DNA of 64,000 nucleotides from Pocillopora damicornis (Eukaryota): NCBI RefSeq assembly GCF_003704095.1, contig NW_020846761.1, positions 62,001 to 126,000 of the forward strand, read 5' to 3'. Shown piece by piece: positions 54,457 to 64,000 of this stretch (position 1 is its first letter; each line of letters starts with the position of its first letter). The notes under the pieces were generated by a model. It saw only the letters and a program-made list of their open reading frames with translations, ran no database searches and was not told where the DNA came from. The position numbers and the translations under genes were made by a program.

Positions 54457-57400
54457 CTGCACATAGGCTCTCTTCTCGCTCAATGCTATCCTTCTTGCCT
54501 CCACAAGTCTTTCTTTTTCTTTATGGACTTGAATCTTGGCTGGTAAAGGAAGGGCTTGCAGCACTTGCTTAATACCTTCCTGTCGTTCGATAGATGCCCG
54601 TATCTCATTGTAGGCATTTTCATATGATTGTGCATTATCTTTTATCCGCACAAGTTGCTCTTTAAACGTTTCCCATTTCATCAGAGGTGCAAATAGTTTA
54701 TTATTTCCAAATCTATCAAATCCTTTCTTGTTTAGGAAACCCAGCCTTCGCTTTGCAACTGAAAAAAAAATGAAATGCATTTTCATTAAATTTCGCCGCT
54801 AGACTCGATTTTTAATTAGCTGTTTTACTTTAGCAAGTAGTTCAAAGAAGTTGTTGGACGGTGCGACATCTTCCCTTTTGACTTTCGATCCATTCATTGT
54901 TGTTTTAAAGTTGCAAATCTTCTTCTGATTAGCTTCGAGCGACAACGTTATTAGCTTTTAAGAATCTAAAAGGAACCAGCGCTTCACATCAAGGGTAAAC
55001 AGAAGTAACATGTAAGACACGGGCTAGCAATAATTGTGCCGGAATACATTTTTAAAACAGCATTTTTCCGATTGGCCCATCATTTCCAAGCTTTATTTTG
55101 TATTTTTGTTAAAAATGAAACCTATCTGTAGTTTACGGTGGCTTTAATTGCTTCGTCATGTTAAACACTAACGTTTTGATAAATCGAAGCCTCTACACTT
55201 TCTTTCTTTGTCTTGTTGACTATTGCAAGAAAATCGTCCGATTATTTCTCGAAAATTCTTGATCGCTGTTTTTCAGTCTTTTTTTTGACATATAGGGTTA
55301 ACATGACAGAATTACGTCCTCTTTATATCAAAACAACCGTGGTTTTAGCTGTATCATGTGTTAAGTGTTTATTGTTGAATTCCGATAGTATCAATCCAAC
55401 ATATTGAGTCACCTTTATTTGTAGTCAGGGCTGTAATTTTTTGGTAATGCAAGATCCGAAAACTCAAAAGTCAGTAGATGTGCCAATCCATCTTACATTT
55501 TTCTAGGTCATCATCTCTTCCAGTCGCTAAATCAGCTATAAACTCAAACACTGCTTGCGCATTTCTGGTGTTGTTGAGCCAAACAAGGTCTTCAGCGTAT
55601 CTTGTCATCACCTTCATCAGTACCACTGGATATTTATCTTTCTGGCTGCGATCGAGGTTTAACTTTTGCAGGAAGGTGTCTGCTACCTGACCAGTTGAAC
55701 CAGCGCTTACAGGGGCTGAGACAATAAAACGAAATACAATGTATTTTATGGCTTATTCATGAACCTGAAAAAAGGATAAATAAAAGAGGGAAATGTAGCG
55801 CAAAGGTATGCAACTTTTGGATCAAATGAGATCCATTTTGGGATCATTTTATATCATCCTTTTCAAAAGTGTTGGAGGATACTTGCTGGGTCAAACGATA
55901 AAGGTGTTAAGAAAGGTTACGCGAGAAGAATAAATAAGCCGTTCTGCCCTAAAGAAATCATTATACCATACTGCTAGAAATTGCAACCAAAGTGCAACAC
56001 TCAACTTTGCCCGCTGCGACCTTTATTTCCAGTTGGTCCTCGAGAAGCCTCAGTTTGACCATCAGCCTTGCATGCTAGTCCGACTAGCTTGCTTCTTCGG
56101 CGGTATTTGCATTTGATTCCACGACCTCCGAGTCCACCTTGGCCTCCTGTCAGGTTAAAGGAGGGTGATGATGATGTTCAATTCAAAACGAAGATGAAGT
56201 CCAGATTTGACCCTCCCAAAAAACCTTTACATTTTCATCTTATTTATTCATTTTTTCATGTAGCAATGCATCATTATTGCCATTATCCGTTATCAGCACT
56301 ATCATCATTAGTATCTTCAAACGCATCTTAGTACTGTTTTCATCTGCAGATCGAAAGTGATGGTGTTTTAACCAAACTAAGGCAACATTCAGTTTTAGGT
56401 TTTTGAAATATGTAGGTTAATTTTGGCGGAAGGGACGTAGTTTCTAGGGATCTCTCCACATCGCAAAAAATTCTGCATATAGTTGGGAATTGGCTGCAGT
56501 AGCTCTAAAGAAGATCTACAAGGCGATAAGTGAATGCAGAATTTCGATATGCCACTTGTGAACGTGCAAAGGAGCTTTAAAAATGCAGAAGAGGATGCGA
56601 AACGTCACCTTCTCCCCCCACACCATTTTTAGCCGCTTGTCCTCCTGTTCCGCGACACGTCTTTAACTCTATATTCCCGAGCAATCTTGTTATATAGATT
56701 GTTTGACGACCAGCGTTTCCTCCGTTACCTGTTTTTAGACAAATCATAACTTTGGCAGCACAAATAAACGTGTTATAATTAATTTCGATATCATCCACTC
56801 AAATACACATTTTTAAAATAAAATTCAACTACTCTTTCTGTGCCAATATTCTTTACTTTCAAATCTTGCAAGTTATTATTAAAAAATGAAATGGAGTGAA
56901 TTAATAAAAAAACAAACAAACGAACAAAACAAAACAAAAACAGTGACATAACCATACTGTACGAAGAAAATAATAAAAAGAACAAGAAAACAAAGAGAGC
57001 AAAAACAAAAAGCAACAACAACAATAAAAAATCACAAACAAATAACTGGAAGGTGAAAATAAGTTATTCAAAGTGACCGGCGAAGTCAGGAATATTTAAT
57101 TTAACCTTTTGCTCCGAGAATAATTTTCCTATTAAAATCGAGGTTTTGAAACTTATGCTGAGAGTTTTAGGCTTTTAGGGAATTGTGTGTCAAGAGAGAT
57201 GATGGAATTTTGGAGTGCCCTGTTGCAGTTTTGAGACGTACGATATGTTTAGCAATCAGTCTTTAATGGTACAAGTGAAGTAATTAAACACACGCGAGCC
57301 ATTTTTTATTTATGATTGCTGATCACTAACCTGACTTTCCAGAGTATCCCCCATCTCCTCCATTTCCTCCTTTGGCACCTGGTGTCCCTTTGATATTTTC

Positions 57401-60400
57401 TGTACACCCAGTGACTTTGCCCTTGTCATTCCTCTTAGTATGGGCATTACAGTCTGATTGTGTTTTATCCAGCTCCTGTTGTAATTGGAAAAAGCTCACT
57501 TGTAATTACCTTACCATTGTATGAATCTATAGACTCTTTAGTGTCACATACAGATAAACATACAAAGATGTGGCTCTATCACCGGAAGTCAAAGGTCATT
57601 CTTATCATATCTGTTTTCTTTTCTGAGTGATAATCGTCCATCCATTTTGCCGATAAAATTTTTGAGCGAGATTTCGTTATTGATACAGTGAAACCTTGGA
57701 GGTTCTGATTAAAATCGGGTAGATGGGATTACTTGGTAACAAATGGAGAGATATTCAGACAAACAGACAAACAAACGCATAAAAATTTAAATACATATGC
57801 CACTGGCATAAAAGTGGGTGTTTCCTAATTTTTATACCTTTGCCATGCTGTCAGCCCCTTTCCTCCCATCCGCGCCATTTTGGCCTTTGTTTCCATTACC
57901 GCCGTTAGTTATGATGTTGATGTATCCTAAGACAGTATGGGCTGATATCTCCACTGATAATAAGGGAAAAATATCTTTAAGAAAGCAGAACTTACGGCAG
58001 CTGGGATTCTAAAAAAGAGACGTAAGGTGGGACCTTCAAAATATTCATCATATTCATCACTCTAAATGTGAAGATCATTGCCATTGTCACTATTTTCACA
58101 CTCAAGAGGTTTCTAGCACATTTCTGACATATTACGTTGCTATAGCGTCCTTGGTACTGAAACTCCCTTACGTCATACATTATTAGAACAGAGATTACGG
58201 GCTGCACTTAAAGCTATCTTTTTACCTATGGTCCCATTTACACCATGGTTGCCATCCTTTCCATCAGCACCAGGTTCAAGTTTATCAAAGGTTTGTAGCA
58301 GATCTGGAGCTCTGAGATCCAGTTTACTTCCTTTCAAAAATGAAAGCTTACGGCTGAACATTGTCAATTTCTTGGTGCCACGCATTTTAATGTCTCCCTG
58401 TGTATCAAATCATTGATCAAAGGTTGAAAATTAGAATAACTACACATCGTATCTATTAACATACTATTGATAAGTATTAATTCATGCGTTCCTATTTGTC
58501 AGGTCAGTTCCTCGTGTATCATGTAATTTTGAAATAACTGTTTACCAAAGAGGTTTTTCGCACTTTTGTAACTAACTTAATAGGTCTCTCTGATTTCTAA
58601 CTTCATGTTTTCATAATTTCACTATCTCCAAGTTCAAAATCGTCGGTTTTCAAAATGAGGAATATACTATATGCATAATATTTATTACAGCCCTCAGCTA
58701 ATTTTAATGAAGCACCTCTTTATTAATCCCGCTATGTTCAAAAAGCCCTCCGACTAGAACACGAAAAAAATAAACGATAAGCTCCCTAGGCGCCCATTGT
58801 GGCGTTAGCTAGACTTAAGTACAAAACTGTCAAACGCACCTTCACATAAATGGTATCTGCCATGACTGCAAGCTCGATTCCATTAGTTTGTTCCTGGGAG
58901 TCTCCAAAGTTGACCTTTTTCTTTGTTTTTAGTTGCTCTTTTACGAAATCCATGTGCACTACTCGGCCCAACACTTGGTATCGGTCTATTGCACAACCAA
59001 CGGAAAATCAGTTGATGTTAAGAACTCTTTCTTAACAAAGTCGATGCAAATCTCTCTAGAGGTTCTTCCCTCTTTAAAATTCGGTAGCTGTATAAATAGC
59101 CTTTGTTTGCAACTTCACAAAATAGTTATTGTCTCAGTAGTTCAGAAAGGTTAAGCTGAATAAAAGAAGGGCAGAGTCCTATCACACATCAACGCCACGA
59201 TCAAAAAAGATGAGCTCTACACTCCTAATCCAACACGAAAAAGAGAAACCTTAGTATTTCTTGTCGATCAAACAAATTACCTCAGACGTTACCTGAAAGT
59301 ATGCATCCGTAAAACTCTGCTCTCATGGAGATATGACCATTCCATGATTTTGGGTTTATTTGGACGGACCGGGCTATGATTGGCTGAATTAGTACATGAT
59401 TCACGATGGTGTCCCTGTCCTTGTTTGCGTTAAAAACCTGAACAGGATGGCAAACGAGGAGAAAAACTGTCTTTACCTTTGCAGAAACAGTCATGGCATT
59501 TTTGTTAAGAACTGACTCTCGACTTTTAGTTAATTACATTTCTCGTTAAAACATGAGCAATTCTCTGTTCAATCCAAAATTTTTATTTTAATGTCTTTGT
59601 TTGTTTCAATAGCGAAGTTTGTTTTTTTACAACTCAAATTAAATTTCGCAAATTGTATTTCTTTTATAAAACTTTTAATACTTGAAAAGTATGAGAAATT
59701 ATGTTTGACTGGAATGTTTATCAGGCAAGATATACTTCACCAGACCTTTTCAGCCCCATTCTCCTGGTAAATCTGAAAAGAAGGGTTGCCATCAAGAGTG
59801 TATGAAAGAGTAAATGTCTTCACCCACTGATCGTAGTCTTGACGCCCTTGAGTAGCGAGCTTTGTAATTCTGGCATTTCTTCCAAAATCCACTTGAAGCC
59901 ACTGATTTGTATCATTAGCCCCAGCTGACCAGGCGCCTGTTTTTCCATCTGCAGCCGCGTGATTGAGTCTTCCGTTAGATGGACCGTGATTTTTCTTGAA
60001 GGTGGAGGATGCCGTCATTTGCTGGAATGTAACGAGACCACTTTCCAACCCAAGTGCTGTTTCTCCTGTACATGCTTCTCATGAAAAAAAAAAATGAAAA
60101 AGGAAGGAAAATAGTCATCTTTATATACTAACTCATCGGTAGATCAGATTTGTTGCTTAAGGGGGAGGGGGAGGGGGAGGAGAATAGCACATCATTATTC
60201 ACCTCAAAGACAGGGCAATGGGAATGAAGACGGCTCAATGTTCCACCTCGGTTTCTCAAGCGGAAATTTTTCTTGTAAACGATCCTGACTTCAGATCGAT
60301 CAGGTCGTCGAGGGGTGATTCTCCGTCACGGACAAACACGGACAACAGATGTTTGAAAGATCTTCCCAACAGACTAATCACACTTTGGGCATTGTTGGAG

Positions 60401-61601
60401 GACTGTTTTTATAGAAGATAAAAATATGCTATACTCTAACTGGAATGTTAGTGTTTCGAAAACGTCCCAATTAACAGAAGTGGCTTATTTGGATAAACAT
60501 TTGCAATACCTGGACTTAAAGAAACAACCGAGGGCGTTTCAAACCATTTCATGGGGACATACTCGATTTCCCCATTGAAAGATTTGTCTCCATCGGTTAA
60601 GGTAACACATCCATCATCTGCAAAGAGCAGCAAACAGAATTAGTTCTTTTGTCCTAAATTCTACCTGCACGGTTTTAGAATTTCGGATATAGTTACGATC
60701 GCTAATTAACGTTCATTTTCGAGCCTTTCTCTGTTGTAAAGATGAGGCGTATTAATTTCTTGTTCTGGTTCCTTGTACCAGCCTAATTTGTATACCCGAA
60801 AACATGCAAATTCTAGGTTCGATAGTGGACTCTATCCCATGAACGTTTTTCTTTTTCTTTCCTTTTCTGTTTGAAAGAGTTACACGTGAAAGCCTGCCTC
60901 GTAATAGGAGGTGAAAAAATTATTTCCAAACATTTACCCTGATCAAAGAATCTTATTGGTACCGGTGTTGTACTGGTTCAAGGGTTTCCTTGATGGTTTA
61001 AGTCGGTGGTTGAAAGCTAAACAAATACGTCTTAAGGCTGGTACCTGTTCCATTTCTATCGTGCTCTACCTACCTAATCGCACAACTATTAGCTACCGGT
61101 AGATGATTCCTCAGATACTGATCCACATGATGTATAATATCTCTTTTTTTTACCTGAACTTAGCTATAATAGGTAGCTTGTTTGCTTAATGATATCATCA
61201 TCGTTATCGAAGCAATGATTCAAGTTCTTAGACTGGCATACCAATATTGCACTGAGATAAAATGTTTTATGGCGATGAAAACTTAGTTTGAGGATGACAG
61301 TGATAGTAATAGCTTTAACAAACAGTGGAATAACAATTATCATCGACTAAACTCTATATGAATTATTACAACTAAGGCAAAATCAAAAGACACGTTCAAC
61401 GATTGGGTTATAACTAGTTAGCTTCCTCTTCGATTCTAAATCTCTCGAAAAAAAGCGCAGCGCGTGAGAAAGAGATACCTAGACTTACCAACACGTCCTG
61501 AAAAGAAAAAAATAAGGGAACAGGTTATTTCAGAGCCACTTACCTTTACCGTACACGAGATCTAAAGCCGTAAGAGAGACAAATACCAGTAATCGTTGCA
61601 T
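54457..61601 (-). pseudogene. 5' two-thirds of the large toxin-like gene (copy 1), including a complete F5/8 type C (discoidin) domain at 60078-59746 plus 59437-59293; probably inactivated
   Basis: Discoidin motifs ALGLESG..MTASS..GAWSAG..NQWLQVDFG..ATQGR..WVKTF..SMRAEFYGC. Other exons match copy 2, but there are in-frame TAA (59032-59034) and TGA (59008-59010) where copy 2 reads K and C. Confidence 0.75.
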
Positions 61602-64000
61602 TACTTATCCTTTTTGAAGTGAAAACTTATCCGTGTGTGTTTCCACGAGATGATGTCCGATCTGAGCAAAAGCTTTCGTTAAAAAGTTATGTTGGCGCCC
61701 AAATATTACCTCAGAAGAAGTCCAGCAGATGGCGATATAAAAAACTAATTGATACAGGACTAGTATGTGTTTTTCCATGTGTAAAAGGACATGCCTGTCT
61801 TCGTTTAGAAGTGCTGTACCTGGTTGTTAAAAAGGAATTTTCTTGTACTCGAATACACAAATATTTTTAAATTTTTGTGACGTAATGAGAATGCCGAACC
61901 TTCTCTAGCTTCCATGAGTTAACGTAACTCATCAATGCACTTAGCGCGTTTGTTCGTTTTGCGCTAACGACAACAGAGGGATCTTTTACGATAATTTCGA
62001 ATGCCCAAGCATTCAATTGCGGTGGAAAGATTTTCCATACAAAAGTGTCCAAACTAAAAAAACTTTTGACACCGATTTGTGAAGTTGTGGCTTTAGGAAT
62101 CAGCCAATCATTAAGTATTCAAATATTATATTTGGTTTTGGGGATTTCTAGCGACATTTTCAGACACCAAAGTGCGTTTTTCTTCATATATTCTGTTTTG
62201 GTCTGCCCGTTAGAGAGGGGGAAAAATTCATTAGTGGCTAATACTTCCAGTCTAATTTATGACAAATGAATTGAGACATTCACTAAAATCTCAGCAGGAT
62301 AACAAAAACAAGTTCGCCATGAAAATCAAAACAAGGCATTTGACATGATCCATATCAATAAGACCGAAATCAGAGCCTATACGAAACAATGCTGCAACAC
62401 CTTAAACGAATCAATTACTTGCATACGATATTTAAGGGAAGAGCGAAAATTCTAGACTTGTGTTCTTGAATCTGGAATGATATCTTAAAATTCTCAACGG
62501 TGGTGGCAGAAGTGAGGACTCGGCACAAGGTGAGGTGTTCTTTAAACGTAAAAAGTTCAATTCCTAAACCATTCGTTTTTTCCTTTGAATGCCATCCGAA
62601 TTCTACTAACTGGACACGCTTAAGGTGCAAAGAAATTATTACAGGCCACCTAATTCCATCGTTACCAGCGTCACTCGATCTAAATTTACGCTTAAATTCT
62701 GAAGTCCACGACTTCACTTCCATTCCTTCCTTTAATGAACAGATCGGAAAAGTGCCGTTTTTCTTTTTTTCCTTTTCTTTTTAATATCGATAGGTTCCTG
62801 GCTCTGCATTAGTAATTTCATGGACTAATTTTCAGGTTGTATTGATTTTAATCCAAAACCTCGTAAGTCAAAATGCGAATGGCAACGCATTTCTATCATT
62901 ATGTATCTGATAGCTTGTCAACTTTCAATTAAAGCAAGCTTTGAACTGGAATTCGCTAACGACTGACAAAAACATCCATCTTCATATGAATCACCGAGTG
63001 CTTGATTTGTCAAGCTCGAGATGTCATTTTTTGGACTTTTATGGTCTATTTGCAGAGTTTGTTTTAAAAATCTAGCTGTGATTTATTTTATTTGTTGGAA
63101 CAAATAAACTCCAACGGCGAATACCTGTTCTGTAAAGGAAACAAACTTCACTTATCAATATTAATGTGAAAATGGTTCGTAATTTTAAATTACAACTAAC
63201 CTTCCTTTTTTGGTTTCGTTGAGATGCATGTCTTGTGCAACGTGTAAAATGTAAAACAAAAAAAGGGAAGAAGGGGGGACAAGATAAATAACAAAGTAAA
63301 TTCGGTAACAAAATTTCTCGGTAACGTGGAGAGAATGTTGCACCTTTTCTTTTACTAGCACAGTTTGACTATTTCTAGCTTCCTTTCTACCGTTGTTACT
63401 TAAGTTCTCTTTGGTCAATGATGAGCGATGTTAGCCTTTGTATTTGTTATTACTTTGGTGTGGCTTTTTCGTTAATTGAAAACTGCTCTGTGCCCAATTA
63501 TTCGAGGTCAATTTAAAACTATCTGTTGCTAAAGTGGGGATACAACAGCCAGAATAACCGAAAATCTAATCTATGGTTCATTACGACCAAATAAAAAGTT
63601 AAGCAAACAAGCTATTGAATATCTGTGATTTGTGGAATATTTATCTCCGATATAATTTGCAAATTTTAAATTATTTTTCGTTTCAAAAAAGCCCATTACC
63701 ATCAGTCGTAACCTCCATGCATGATACAAGTCATCCTTATCACCAACAAGTAACTTTCCAAACGACTAAATATAGTCTATTCATTTTAACCAGGAAAACG
63801 CCTACTAAAGTGGAAATTGGTCCTATCAAATCTGAATTCCATTTACTTTAAACTTATGCTCGTAATTGACTACGGAGTTATCAGTTAATTAAATTCTTTT
63901 AGATATAATTTGCAAATTTTAAATCATTGGCAGGCTTTGAATCTTTCGTTTCAAGAATTCAAAGATTTGTGGATGATATATTTTTTCTATGGTTGATTTA

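Overview
AT-rich, intron-containing animal genomic DNA, most likely a stony coral (inferred from the gene families and repeat landscape; pocilloporid-like). It is made of four contigs separated by three 100-N gaps. The left half holds three paralogous single-exon class A GPCRs (one a pseudogene), a neuropeptide-receptor-like GPCR broken by one in-frame TGA, a 4-exon Cab45/SDF4-like EF-hand gene ending HDEF, and an astacin-MAM metalloprotease. It also holds the most unusual gene: a type I membrane protein with signal peptide, a ~79-residue Asp/Glu tract, a compact Hint (intein/Hedgehog-like autoprocessing) domain and a TM anchor. This is a candidate self-cleaving carrier for an acidic biomineralization peptide. 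The right half holds two copies of a large multi-exon secreted protein (discoidin F5/8, Gly-rich GxxG repeats, helical region with a hydrophobic hairpin, Cys-rich beta C-terminus; toxin-like), each followed by an astacin gene. Flipping the two middle contigs turns the apparent inversions and exon duplication into one direct tandem duplication of a [large gene + astacin] unit, with one unit decaying. Penelope-like retroelement remnants with hammerhead-ribozyme-like cores and TTAA/CCC MITEs are also present.
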